Source: Callorhinchus milii (taxonomy: Eukaryota). From it: a stretch of DNA of 64,000 bases. Below are positions 36,301 to 50,253 of this stretch, one piece after another. Position 1 is the stretch's first letter, and each line of letters begins with the position of its first letter. The stretch is from the NCBI RefSeq assembly GCF_018977255.1, contig NW_024704742.1:14200001-14264000 (forward strand), given 5' to 3'. Made by a program: the position numbers and the translations under genes. Below the pieces are notes generated by a model. The model was not told where the DNA came from and made no database searches. It saw only the letters and a list, made by a program, of their open reading frames with translations.

Positions 36301-39300
36301 TCTTACAATGTAATGGTCACTGTAATGTCAAAATCCTGGGACAATTCAGATTTGGCAGTAAAGTGGTTGTCAGCATTTGCTTGAACAGCTGTGCTGAATT
36401 CACACTGATCAAACAGGTAACTTTTCTCCATTTGGGAATGTTGTGTCTCCATTCTAGATCCAGACATAAAGTAGTCACCATTATTGAGCATTATTCCTAA
36501 TTTATTCCTTTGTAAATATTATATTGGGGTTTAATTTGCAGGATTTCTTGATGGGGGAACTCCACTCTAAAAATAGATTGGCTCAGAGCAGAGTTCTCCT
36601 GGGTCAGAATGATAGCCTCCATGGAAAGCAGCCCCGTTTCTGTGATCCTTTTGAAAGATAAGCAGTTTTCTAGAAGTAGATCCAACTGTGGGAAAAAAAT
36701 TAACTCATACCCTTTTATTTCTGTCTGATTGCCCATTTTAGTGTTCATGAAGTCTAAATTACCACTTAAAAGACAATGCTAACATGGTATATTGTAACAG
36801 GTATTTACAGTGCCTAAATTATATAGGACGAGTGATTGTGTAATTGATCTAAATTACATATCCAAAACTAGATGTAGTTTAGCATACTTAATTAGTTTAT
36901 TCTCTTAACATAATTACTCCATCTGCAATTTCATAAAGTGACATTCATTTTAAACACAAGATGAACTATAATAGAATTAATTTAACTTTTGTAATATTAA
37001 ATAGGTTTGTTTCCGGAATTCATTCATACGTGTTCTTTTTAGAACACCTAATATTAGCTTTCCTAAAGATACAGTGGGTTTTAAAATAGAATAAATTATA
37101 TTTCAAATGACCCAATTTGCATTTTCAACCTTATTTGCAGGATTTTTTTTCATATGAAGACCATTTTGACTTAAAATTGCACAGAATTGCAGAAAATTAA
37201 ACTCAGTCTTAATTTGAAATCCATTTTTATGCAGGTATAATAATAATACTCTTTGCATTTGATATAGCGCCTTATCATGTCTTCAAGAAGTCTTAAAGCG
37301 CTTTACAGAATATAATGTAAAGTGAATTGACTGTATATGTTTGTGGGTGAAACACGGCAGCCAATTGTGCACAGCAGTATCCCACAAACAGTCGTGGATT
37401 GAAGTGACTAATTTATTATTTTTATTATTATTATTATTATTATATAGCTCTTCCAGTTCTTAAAAATAAGCAGCTTCCAAAATTGACAGGATTCAAGATA
37501 TTCCAGCTATTCTAAAAAAAATTTTTTAAGACTAGGTGGAATTTCAGGATTCATATAACAGAAGATATGATGCCAATTTATTGCATCAACAACTAAAACT
37601 GTAATGTTGATTTTCATTGAATATCAGTGGCTAATCTGGCTGAGCTAGTTGCCGCTAGTGGGTATCTAAAACACACAAGCTGTCATCCATTCGCTGGCTT
37701 TCAGCAGCCGGTCTTGAGTGGGCGTTACCTATTGCTATCCCATATGTCTTTTTCATTATGGCTCAGTGCAATACATTATAATTGAAAGGCTGTTATAATG
37801 CTCTGCTTGTATAGAGAGTTGATGCTAGTAATTTTCCGCTGCATTGTCTGTTTAGATATTCAGCAATTAACTCACTTTTTTTGTGGAGTAAATCATTTGG
37901 GTCTCATTAATCCATCCCTCAGAAAGATCTATAGGCTTTAATTAAGTGCCTTCTAAGTGAGAAATAATGCCCTCTCTGACAATGTCCTCATTAACATGGG
38001 TGCCCTTGTTTACCCATGTTCACTAGTTAATCGGGATTTACTGAGCTGTTAATGATATCATAAAGCATAGGTTAATATACTACCATCATTACGTACTGCA
38101 GTTTATAAAGGTAACATTCAATACAAATAATGCCTTAGCACAGCACATTGTTCATATCCCCATCTGTCACTGGTGTGAGTATGATGAGGCAGCAATTTAC
38201 AACTAAATTAAGGTTTGGTATATTTTATGGCCTGCTGAGCTTACAACGCTGCCTCTTGAGGAAGCCTTGCCTTCAGGGACAGTAAGGTAACCCAGACAGC
38301 TCCATTCCCTCTGGAATTGTTTACTATTGCCTCCCAAGTTTGTTCTTCATTCCCAATGCTGAAGGCAAAAGCAACTGGGCCAACAGGATAAGTGGCTACT
38401 GTTTGCTAGTTGCCATGCTCTCTGGCCAGTGGTTTCTTGATAATTAAGCCTGACCGGACAGGACAACGGAGCACTTCAGCATTGCTTCATTTGCTGCTTT
38501 CCACAGAGGTTGTGGGAGAACAAAAGTTGTTGCAAGCCATCACTTAAAAACAACTGTGCAGATGTTTCCAGGTTGCCTTAGCTTGTGCCCTACAAAGTGG
38601 TAATGTAAATTCAAAGCATCAGAACCCTCAGTTTTAAATTTGATGGCAAACTGAATGCAATATTAATGCAGAAGATGTATGATTGGTTTACCTCTTTTCC
38701 TGAAGTTTCTTAAGATCGTTTCTAGCCTATGCAGCTAGATATGACTGTGGGGATAGGTTCTGTGTATGTTAATAAACTGGTGAATAAATCGATGGTCTGA
38801 ATCAATTTGCAATTTGGTAACTGTCTGGAAGAGAAACAAAATCATAAATAATAACAGCTGCATTTGCTGAAAAGAGTATTTACCCTTCCAATGCATGCTC
38901 ACAAAAATAAATAGGAGAGAGAAGAGAGGACTGTTGTCGAAAGAAATGACAGTAAAAAAAGCACAGATATGAAAAATAATTATCCTTCATGATTTGTCCT
39001 TTTGTGCTCCTCGATCTGATCAAGTTTGCCCTTTCATTCACTTCTTGGACAAATTGCCAATTTGCGTTCAGAAGATGTCCTGCTTCAAATGCCCCCCAAA
39101 CTGCTGTATCTGTAAGCAGCCAAGTTTGCCCAGCCAGTAGCTTTGTAACCCACTATTTATCTTTGCCCATCTACCTAATCTTTGCCATAGGGGATTGTGA
39201 CATTAAGGCCACATTTATATTGTAGCATTGAGGAAGATAACAGCCTCTGGCTGAGGCAATCTTACCTCCACAAAGAATATAAAGCGCTGTCCCGAAACAA

Positions 39301-40971
39301 TGAAAAAGATTCCTTGTTGGTTGCACAGACCTTCTCTATAGAACAGTAAAATGTCCACAGGCCAAACATAATTAACCAACTCACAACATGGTAATGACTG
39401 CATGCATTTCAGCTCTTGATGATGTAGTTTATCCAATGTTGCCAAATGTTCTGGGGATTCTAGTCCACAATGTAAAGAGCCACATACACTCCTATAGTTC
39501 CTTTCATGTCATGTTTTGAAGCATTTTACCAAATAAATTTAATTAAAAATGAAGTGAATGTTTTGAGGAGGCACTAACTGGTACTAACAGGGAAAAACAT
39601 ATTTCATTGAAATAGCATCTCGGGACTCTTAACATCTAGCTGTACTGCAAGACAGATGGAACCTAAATTAATGAATCAATGGAAAAAGTGATGATCCGGG
39701 AATAAGTAATAGACTTTAATTTAATATTGAATGTTATGTTGGCAAATATGGTAGTTGGCCTACGCCAGCAACATTCCCTAAAAAAACATGAGTTGAGGTA
39801 GCAATTAAATTTGAAAATTTTGAAGTAAATTTGGATCAGGGAGAAATATTGGTCAGTGTGCAGCCCTTATTATATAAAAAGAAATGTTAAATAATTGAAA
39901 GGAGAAACAATGAAGAAGGTAGAAGGAACAAAGGAAAAATGGAAGTAAAAATGAGGAATAATAAAAATGGAAGGCAGAGAGTTAGGGAGCTCAGGTCTGT
40001 CATGGCAACCAATCAGCGTATGCAGAATTCACAGGAGGAAATTTATAGCAGAAATAGTCTCTGGAGATTGGAAAGCCATTTGACTTGACTGTTGAGTATG
40101 CTGGAATTTGCAAATATACATTAATTAGTAGGCGTGTGCTTAGACAACAAACAAACATGCTCAATCTGAATATTTCCTCTCTTCAATTTGACACAATTCC
40201 ACCCCACAGCGTTGACGTCCATGTAAAAGCAGCAAGTTACGCACACTAGATATATCGAGAAGGAAATAAGTCATCGAGCAAAATCAATACTTTTCTGGTT
40301 TGCCCAGCTTGTTTCAACATAATATAGTGTGGAACTGACTGAATGCATTTTGTCAGCCACAGCAATATGCGCTGACATTAATAATGCAGCAACTGCTGCA
40401 CCCATCCGTCCCATGATACAATCTATCCTCTTTGGTTCTGTTATGGTGATGGATGAGCTTGCTGAAGAATGGAATATTTTTGAACTAGGCTCCAAATTAC
40501 ACCTTCAGGTATGATACAGAGTGGACTATATTGTTCCTTTCTATTCATTCTGGTTCTGAATTGCACCTCCATTCCAACTACGTTTAAAGGAGCACCAATT
40601 GATGTATCAAATGGCATTTATATTCTTCACATTCCAGTTAGGTTGCGTAAAGTGACCAAATTAAGTGTCACATTTAATTCTGGGCACTGTTGTGTTGGGA
40701 GATTTGCCTTGTCCTTTAGAAATTAAAATTAAATGTAAATTACCTAAACCCATTTTATCTGTGCTAACTTACACTGATGCTCATAATCCTTAATTATTTA
40801 CCTATTACGTTCCACTTCCATGCATTAGATTTGCCATATAATAAAACAAAGATTATCTATGGATTCACATATAAATATCAAATGTACATATGAAAAAACA
40901 CTTGAGTTCATACAATATCTATATGAATTAGTAAGTCAGCGAGTTCATAAATTATGTGTGCCTAATACAGT

Positions 40972-41592
40972 AGATGGAATATAATGTGGGGAAATGTGAA
41001 GTTATTCACCTAGGTAACAAGAACAGAAAAGCAGATTATTTTCTAGACGGGGAGAGACCAGATAGTGTTGGTGTACAGAGGGATTTGCGTGTCCTTGTCC
41101 ACCAGTCACAAAAAGTTAGAATGCACGTACAGCAAGCAACTAGGAAGGCTAATGGCATGTTGACGTTTATTGCAAAAGGGTTAGAATACAAGAGTAGGGA
41201 AGTCTTGCTGCAACTGTATAGGGCCTTGGTGAGACCACACCTAGAATATTGTGTGCAGTTTGGGGCTCCTTATTTAAGAAAGGACATACTCGCCTTAGAG
41301 GGGGTGCAGTGTGGATTCACTAGGTTGGTTCCTGGGATGAGGGGGTTGACCTATGAGGATAGGTTGAGTAAATATATTTATTTACTATATTCTCTAGAAT
41401 ATAGAAGAATTAGGGGTGATCATATAAAAACATAAGATTCTTATGGGGCTTGATAGAGTAGACAGTGTGAGACTGTTTCCCCTGGTAAGAGAATCTATAA
41501 CTAAGGGGTCAAAGTCTTAAGACTAAGGGTCAGCCTTTTCGAACAGAGTTGAGGAAACACTTCTTCACTCAGAAGGTAGTGAATTTATGGAC
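40972..41592 (+). mobile_element. CR1-clade LINE fragment (RT C-terminus)
   Basis: MEYNVGKCEVIHLGNKN...RDL.VLV...LYRALVRPHLEYCVQF.APYLRKDILALEGVQ is the typical CR1 ORF2 end. Confidence 0.92.
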
Positions 41593-41620
41593 CTAGGATA
41601 AAAACACCTAGGATAAAAAC

Positions 41621-41990
41621 ATAGACATTTTTTGACAGAAAGGGGCCATTTGGTCCATTGTATCTGCACCTCTACTAGTTGCTTTTCTAAATCACATTTT
41701 GTATCTCACTTTGCTGTTTTTTTCTCCTATTTCCCTTAATGTTATTCTCTATAAATGCAATCTTGTTGTTGTTGTTGTAATGCTCAGCTGTTTATCCAGT
41801 TCCCTTTTGAACAGCTGTGTTGATCTAGCCTCAATAGCCACTTGTGGTAATGAGATACAAGCCCTAACATTTCTCTGAGTGAAAACATTTATCCTAACCT
41901 CTCCCCTTTTTTTTCTGCAAACAATCCTGAGAGAGACCATGCCTCCTTGTTACCAATTTCCCAACTAAATGGGATTTTTTTTCTCTCCCC
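41621..41990 (-). mobile_element. Older CR1 3' end in the opposite orientation
   Basis: Minus-strand peptide FTQRNVRACISLPQVAIEARSTQLFKRELDK resembles the CR1 FSxRVVxxWNxLP...FKxxLD motif. Confidence 0.7.
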
Positions 41991-44074
41991 AGCTACCTCA
42001 CGATGTCAGTTCAAAATTGTAACTCTTAAAGGATAAGATGCTCAATTCCATTTTCGGTGCGTGGAGCTTTAAAAAGATCTGCAGGTCAAACTGGCAGCAG
42101 TGAAGTTGCAGTCGCTACTGTTGCCACTGGAAACCATAAGAAATTATTTCCTCTGTAGCCTTGCAGCACAAGCATGCTGAAGAGCACAATTGTATTGATT
42201 GCATTTGCATCAACGCGCAGATAAGAAATATCAGATTATTTTTGTTGGCTCCATTAATTTGGCATCTGTCCTGCACATCCTATAAATCATTCCCTGCTGC
42301 AAACTAATCAGGGCCTCCCAAGCAGCAATACGGTGAGAGTATTGATCAGAGTGGGCAGTTGGCTTAAAGAGTCAGGATTCTCTAATTACTTGGCCAGCTC
42401 TGGATTCTCAGTGTCCAGGGAATGTCAGCATCCATGTCTCCACCTTGCTCTCATTTAGTGTAAAATTAGTGCAGCTGTCACTAGAGATCTCTGGTTGTCT
42501 GAAGGCCAGCTTGGCGAGTTAGTTGGCAGACTCCATCCCTGGATGCCTTTTGCTCGGAGGCCTTTCACTTGATGGTAATGCTGTTTGCCCTCAAATGACG
42601 CAGCACCAGCACTTAATTTCCCTCGGGCTTGATTAGCCCTTCAATCTGCTCAGCCTTAGGTATTCTGACCTTTAATTAAAATAAATTTGTTGTGTTTTCC
42701 CCCCCTAGTAGATGCAAAATAATGAACTAATTTAAATAAGGACAGAACAATTTAGACCTTTACAGTTACATGCGCCAGAGTCTAATTAGCAACTAATAAT
42801 GCAGAACACAATGCATAAATATGGTTCATATGGCCCATCAAAATGCTTTGATGCATTAAATCACTGCAATTCAATGTTTACAGTGAAGGGTTGTGCAGTG
42901 TGAAGTTGTGCTGGAGTTAATAATACGAATGATGCCCTTCAAAACTAGCTCTGAAACATGCAACTGCTTCATAAAAGCAATAGCCCACAGAAACGCTCTG
43001 CAATTATGCCGTGCACATTAAAATTGATAATAAAAAGGCACAATTAACTGTCCTAATACATATAATCTTGTAAAGGAGAAATCCGTCAAACTATTAATGT
43101 GCAGTTAAAATTCTCTCATACAGGTAATTAGATGGGATGAAATAGTTTGGTGCTGCTCATTATGTGGGAGTAGGTATGGCATTGCACTGATTTCTGAAAG
43201 ACCTGGCAATCTCAGTTTGACGACACCTAGCCCTGTTTTAAATTAAACTGCAAATAAAGCTGCAGTCGATGGCTGAGATGTGGTGACTCTTCGACAGGGA
43301 ACTTAATGAAGAATCTCTTAACTGAGAAACCTAGGGGAAAGGTCAAAACCTCGGAATACAAAGTACCACCAAAGTTGAAAAAGAGACCTAAGTAGTAGTA
43401 GGTAGGCAGCACCAAGTTTGGATGTTACTATATTAAGAGCCCTGTAATTTGGTAAAAGGAGAGAAAACTGAGGAAGGTACACAGTGCTGCAATTGGAGAC
43501 ATTGAGACGAGTTCTGATTTCAACATAGTGAAGATGTAAACACAATTTACAGTATAATTTAAAGTGGTCAACACTGCTTTGTCAAAGAGGAAGAAGAGGA
43601 TAGGGGAAGGACAAAATAATCATAGAGGGAAATAATATGTGACATTTCGTAAATAATCACTCACAGTGGTTCCAAGTCACTAATAGGGATTCTTGCAGGT
43701 AACCAGAACTGGGTCACACTGACACAAGGGACCATTATTGTCTACCTCTGGGCACTGATTGTGGTACATTCTGAGTCCTGGCAGCATGAGATCAAATGGG
43801 CCGAGAACATTTTTCATCTGAACCGGTCTTGTGATCTTGCGAGGAGTCACTATTAGAGGCTGATTACAAATTGTCATCCATTACACTCCCAATGACACAG
43901 GTTTGCTACTCAGAACGCTTAGGCACGATCAAAGAGGAAGGTCTTGAGACAAACCTTAAAAAAGGCAAGGAAAGAGGTGAGATGAAAAGAGTTTCAGAGA
44001 GTGGGGGCAGATAGGCTGGAAGCCCAGCCATCATGGATGGGGAATACAGGGCCATGGTCGTGAAGCTAGCCCTC

Positions 44075-44442
44075 TTACAGGTCTCTGGCTTCAATATTGA
44101 TTTTAACAATTTCAGACCGTAACAGCTCACCTTCCCCCTCCCTCTCTTCTGTGACCATTACCACATATCTGGGTCCCAGATACACCTTTTCTCTCTCTGG
44201 TCTGCCTTTTTTTTTGCAATTTCCACCCCCGCTTTGTTTTGCATTATTAGCACCACTTTAACCCATCATTCCCTGTCCTCCACCCCATTTTCTCCTTTGT
44301 CTATTAGCCGTTAAAAAGCTCTCTCTCCCAATATGTCCCAGTTCTGATGAAGAGTCGTGGACCTAAAACATTGACTCATTTTCCTTTTCGCCATAGATGC
44401 TGCCTGACCTGCTGAGTGTTCCCAGTGACTTCTGTTTTTGAC
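44075..44442 (+). mobile_element. Penelope-like element 3' remnant
   Basis: LQVSGFNIDFNNFRP* (44075-44122) resembles the LQPxGLN C-terminus of Penelope GIY-YIG ORFs. It is followed by TCTGATGAAGAGTC...GATGCTGCCTGACCTGCTGAG, which I recall as a common chondrichthyan repeat. Confidence 0.6.
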
Positions 44443-47400
44443 TCCACATCTATACTCCTCTAAAAGATCTGGAGCCCAAAATTCCACCTAGTCTCAGCCT
44501 GTAATACCATGTTTGTCTTAAAATGAAGATTGTACAGGATTGTGGAATTTTTCTTTTAAAAAAAACCTTCCAAATTAAGAACTTCAGAAAACTCGCTTTC
44601 AAATTGAGAATTTTCCATGATCCTCCCTGCTTGATCTTTAATTTTAAGATAAAGTGGTGTTCCTGTGTGGAGTTTAGAACATCAGAAGAGGAAAGAGGCT
44701 AAGAGTTAATCTAAATGCTGGATTAGAATTAAAGCATACACATTTCTGCTTGAATGTTAATTCACTGAAATCTCAACAGTGCCTTAGCCTGAGGCTTGAA
44801 AGTATTAAGACATTCAATTCTCAATCATAGAATTAAAAAAAAGTACAGTGTTTTCATGAAAGCATTAAACAAACATTTGTTTTCCCTTTTTTTGTAAGTA
44901 TATTGCATGATAATACATAAAGCATCTTTCATATCAATTGATATGAATCAATTGTTAGCTGGCAATGTTCTCAAGATAAACCAAGGCTTTTCTTTTGGGT
45001 CCCCTCTTCTTGAATACATTGTCCCTTTAACAGATGTGCAAATTGAAAAACACTGTCACAGCTATCACTTAAATTAGTCAAAACCACATAAGATTTCAAA
45101 GAGTTAATTCTGTTCTACACTTTAGGGTAGAATATCAATTGTAGGGTTGACAAAAGCGCACACGTAAAGAAGCACAAAGATATATTTTGGACTGGCAGAG
45201 ATCACTGTAATCCATCTGGCCAGTTTCAATGTTCAAAGATGAATTAATAGCACTTTAGAGACACATATTTTTGACCAATTAGCCAGAGTTGTCCCTGAGA
45301 ATGTGAGAATAACAAGGTGTTGGCAAATTTGATAGCTGATAGACTGTATATTAATTGTGCCATTCACAATCTGTATGTCGTAACTGTGCAAAAGAAGCAG
45401 AAGAAAACCTCGTCCCACGTAAACCTTTAGGATCCCTTCCTTCAACTCGTATGTAGGATTGGACACAGCCTACAGTAACACAGCAAATAACATCACAAGT
45501 CACAAGAGCTAAACTGAACCCAATTATTAATGCTTTTGCAACCTGAGATACATTGCTGTCTTGGAGCAAAGCAGCATGTGTTTACAATATTCAAGTTATT
45601 TCTTAACCTTTTCCCACTTGTTTTTGCCAGCGGGACAGTCACATCAGACAGAGACAGACACACAAACTTTCACTTGTGTGCCACTCCATTAAATCACAAT
45701 GATATTCTTCTGTGGGATTAGATCAGATTCATGATATCAGGTATTTACTGGCTGATATAACAACAACAAATTCCATTTATATAGTGCCTTTCATAACAGG
45801 AGGACATCCCGGGGTGCTGGATAGTCAAGAGCTTGCACCTAAGCTGAACTCGGGAGGGGTGGAGGCTAAGGGGGATGGGGGTACCAACTACTGTGCAATT
45901 TACAGTGTCATATTTCACAGCAAAAGCATAGCAACGTGGAATAAATGTATTTAAAAATCCATAGCGGAACTAGCCTTCATGAAGATTGAGTATTTTGCAC
46001 AGCTTTCTCCCAAATTCTAGCTATTGTTCCAGTTGCATCTTGTAAATTGTGATGAGGATTATAGGGGCAGTGTCACTGATAACAACATTGTAATTGGTTG
46101 CATGCAGAATGGATTAGGAAATGATTTTTAAGTTGCACATATTAAAGCTGAATACAATTTACATAGCAATTCCAATTTCAAAACTTGTCATTCTCCTCCC
46201 CCTCATGCATATAAGGTGCTGTGCTGGTAAGAGAAAATGTCATTGATAACAAAAATGATAGAGTACAAGTTTCTGTAACTGCAGGTTTGAGGAACAGCGA
46301 ATGAGTGCACTTTAATGACATCTCTTTAAGGATCTCACACTGTGCAGATCTTTTTTGTAGAAATTCATTTGACAGATTAGCTCATTTAATTTAAATTTAA
46401 TTTAGTTGCTATTTTCACAACGTAAATCAACAATTTAGTTGGTTATTGTGACACAGTACTGATAGAGTATGATGTTGAAGGCAAGTGGACAATTGTCTTT
46501 TTCATGATACAATAATGATGATACATATTTATGAAAAGTATATATTTTTACATTTTTATTCTTTTCAATTTGTCACTGCTTAGGAACCTCGTGACGTGTG
46601 GAGCTAGTTGAGGACAATATTGAACCACAGTATAGGCATCCTGCGTTATTCCCAACACCATTTATATCAGACAGCTCTTCAGGGATAGCTCTATCTTTAG
46701 CAGGTTAAATATCATCAATATTAGAGTGAATGCTGAATTGAGAGGTCGTTCCAAGGACAAACCAGAGCAAGCAATTCAGAGCCACTACCTTTGAGAAAGA
46801 GTCCGATACTAGTAACTGAGATAATCACATTGTGCAGCAATAGGCTTCAGTTCTCTATTTGTCTACGTGTTCCATTTGCAAGAACAATTTCAACTGAAGT
46901 ATGAGATCTAATATATTCATTTGTTCTACATGATGGCTCCCACAAACATAGATACGGACAAATTATGCCCGGTTTTGATTTTGTTTTGTGTAATCTGGGG
47001 AATTGGCATACCATCTTTTTGGTATATTTTAGAACTGTATATTTCTGCTGTATCATCACTATTAAAAAGATAATTTGACCCTTTAGACTGCTGGCAGCTG
47101 TGTGGACAGACGAATGTATGTGAGCTGATCTGTTCTATAATTTTTCAGCTCATGTACTGAAGCTCATGAAGTTGAGAGGAAAAAGCATTCATGTTACACA
47201 AGTAAAATTATGCAAACGTACATACAATACAATTTACCTTTATATAGTGCTTTTCATTTCGGGAGGATGTCCCAAAGCGCTTCATGCTGCTACATGGGCA
47301 CCCGAGCTTTCATCAGCTGGGGCTTGAATTTGATCCAGACTAATGGTATAAATACCTTTTCTTTCTCACACCCAAATGAAGCAAGGTTTGATTAGTCTCA

Positions 47401-50165
47401 ACCTAATTCCGAATTTGTCTTGCGGGGAAGAGTCCACAAAACAAAATGGCTCAGTATTCTGCACCAATGGTACCAAAGCTGACCTTTCTTAGTGAAGTTA
47501 CAAGATTGGATTGGGAAATTGAAATACAAATCTGGTCTATTGGAAGCCGATAGCAAGGTACATTGTTGGGGCAGAGTGGAAGAGCCACACTCCCCATATA
47601 ATGCTTGCTATACCTCTCTTTGGATGCTTGTTACTGACAGTGGATGGCAATACTGTCCCTCGCAAAAAATCCCTCTTCTCTAAAGAACAGTCACAGTTAA
47701 TGTTAATTGTATGCTGCAAGTACAATTGTGAGTAATAGCTATAAAGATGATGATAAGAAATAATATAAGACATGGCACGAGTGGTTACAGTTTGTAAAGT
47801 AGCACTCCTGATGTGTATTTTTTTTGCTCAGGAGCAGTAATACCTTTAGAGAGAAGGTCCACATCACCTTCTCAGGGCAATCAGGAATGGGCAATAAATG
47901 CTGGCAAATTACCAGCATTACCCGCATCCTGAAAGAAAATAAGTATTTGGTCAAAGCTATTGGGTACAGATGATCTAATAGAATGGTGGATCAGGTTTGA
48001 GGGGCTGAGTAGACAACTCCTGGTCTCATGTCCTATGTTATGTGAAACTGAGCCTTTTAATCTCTGAGGTCCCAGGTTTAATCTCTAGTCTGATCTGTAG
48101 TAAATTATTTGATATCAGTGCTATAATTGTACCATGGACAAACGAGAGAAAGGTTAGCCAGAAATCCTCATCCATTCCCAGCTGCTGAAGTTGGAAAGGG
48201 TGCATGTGTGAATGATGGTTCGCTCCCATATTAAAAGAAATATTGGAAGTGTCAGGCTGTCCAATATTCAGGGTGTCAGCTGGTGTAAGGAATGATCGAC
48301 CACCAGAAATGAGGGAACCAGAGAGCAGCTATGGATATTTCCCCTGGAATATTTCAGTCTCTTCAAGGAAGGAGAGAAGAAAAATTGAATGGGGGAAGAA
48401 GCATAGAGAGTTGGAGCTCTGGGGACAAGGAGAGCATTTGAAGTTGCATGAAAATTAGATGTGGGGAAGAAGTAAACTCTTCAAACAGATTGATTTTTTA
48501 AAAATTGTAATTAATCAGTTGTAAAACGGTCTTAACTCCTGAAATTAGAGAATGAACACAGTGACCTTGATACCTGAAGGTTAGGAAAAATCAAATCAAG
48601 AAACGTTTGGAAAAACACTTTTGCTGAGGTTCAGTCAGTGGATCTCAAAACCAGGAGCTTACATGTATGTCAAGTTGCGTTGTACATTAAAATTCACATA
48701 AGTCGTATCAGTCAGGACCATAACATTTCATGTTACTTACATGATGTCCAAGTTACAGACAAACTGTACAGGTCGTATGGAATCCAATTTAATCAGTAAT
48801 CTACACGTATGTAAGTGCACATGTGGCAGCGGGTAAACACTACGTTTGTTGAGATTCAATACAGCCGGTAAGTGCAGGGATAATGGAGAATAGGGGAGCG
48901 CCACTACTCGTTGGAAGATATTTCTTTATAAAATACGATTAGTGCTACAAAATCTAAGTGGTTTTGATAGGAAACTGAATGGGACTCCGGTGCATGTACG
49001 AATTAGGCGATTATATGATTAATAACGATAAGATTTTTGCGAGTTTTACTGTATTAAGTTTAAGTATCATAAACCTTTTTTAAACCTGAATGGGATCAAT
49101 TTAATGAAATGTAACTTATTTCCAAATAAAGAAACTCAAGAGTTCCATGAAACAAAATCACAAGAATGCTGCTTTCACTCGATCCACATTCAGAGTGGCT
49201 TCCTGGAGTTGGAATGACATGCGTGGAAAGGTTCCAGTTACTGGAGGGAATCCCCATGATGATTTCTTAATTCATTTCTTAATTCAAAAATCTGTTAAAA
49301 AAATACACGTTATTTTTATCTGTTCTGTCTTTTGTGCCTTTACCCAGAACATACTGTGTTGTGTCAGAAAAATCAGTTAACCACAACCGTGGGCATCTCT
49401 GTGAATTCAGCAGAATTGCTGCTTGATTGAGCTACCAGGGAGTGCACTGGAGCAATGTCTGAAGAGAGATCTTCAAGAGCTCAGGCATGGTGGCAAAACA
49501 CAGCATCTGGGAGACACATGGGCAAAGGTCAGCCCCGGCTTTGTCCTCTGATTCTTCCAGTTCAGAGTTTAGGGCTGTGTCACTCTAGCTACCAGCCTCA
49601 GCCTTTTTGGTTCACATTGATTTGGGGTTCACTTGAACGCAGTCTGTGAGAAATTGTGCATCCTGTATTCATTCACAGAAATAGGAAGAGGACCTATTGA
49701 ATTGCCAAATTATTTAACCTGTAAATTTAGTGAGTTTATATGAGGACTCTCTCACAAGGGCACAGGTGAAACAAAAGGTTAATCGTATTGGATACTCAGG
49801 TATGTTTTATTTTTGTAAATCCTAGAAATGAGAAAATGGAAATTGCATATTTTCTTATGAAAATTAGGAGTCCAATTTTCACCAAGAATATCATAGCATA
49901 ATTTAGACTTGAACAACATTGTGGTAAAAATGCGTTCCATGAAGTGTTGGGGTGAAATTTGGAACATTTCATAAAATATTAAATTTTTTGTTGGATAGTT
50001 CTTGACTGGTTTTGGATCTGAAGTTCCACGCAGCTGTAGAACAACCAGAGCAGTTCATTAATATTTCATATATTTAAGAGCATAGAACAACGCAAAATAA
50101 TGTGACATGCAATTTTTGCATTACTTTCATGTGTACCTTACCAAAATGTCTTCCATTTCTTTCAG

Positions 50166-50253
50166 GCACTACTTGAAACTCAAAGCCTACTGCGAGCTCA
50201 GGTTCCCAACTTCACCTTTAACCTTGGATTTTCCGGAAAATTCTACCACACAG
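50166..50253 (+). CDS. NDST3: NDST3/4 coding exon 2 (88 nt): [30 protein letters not shown]
   Basis: Acceptor ttccatttctttcag|GCA, donor CAG|gtgaga. The peptide matches the conserved NDST segment ALL(E/D)[21 protein letters not shown]. It is too short to appear in the ORF track. Confidence 0.95.

Noticed and set aside
48650..49055. CpG-richer segment ending GCGAGTTTTACTGTA, resembling a pogo/Tigger-type terminus
   Set aside because: I found no matching left inverted repeat or transposase remnant, so it cannot be supported.
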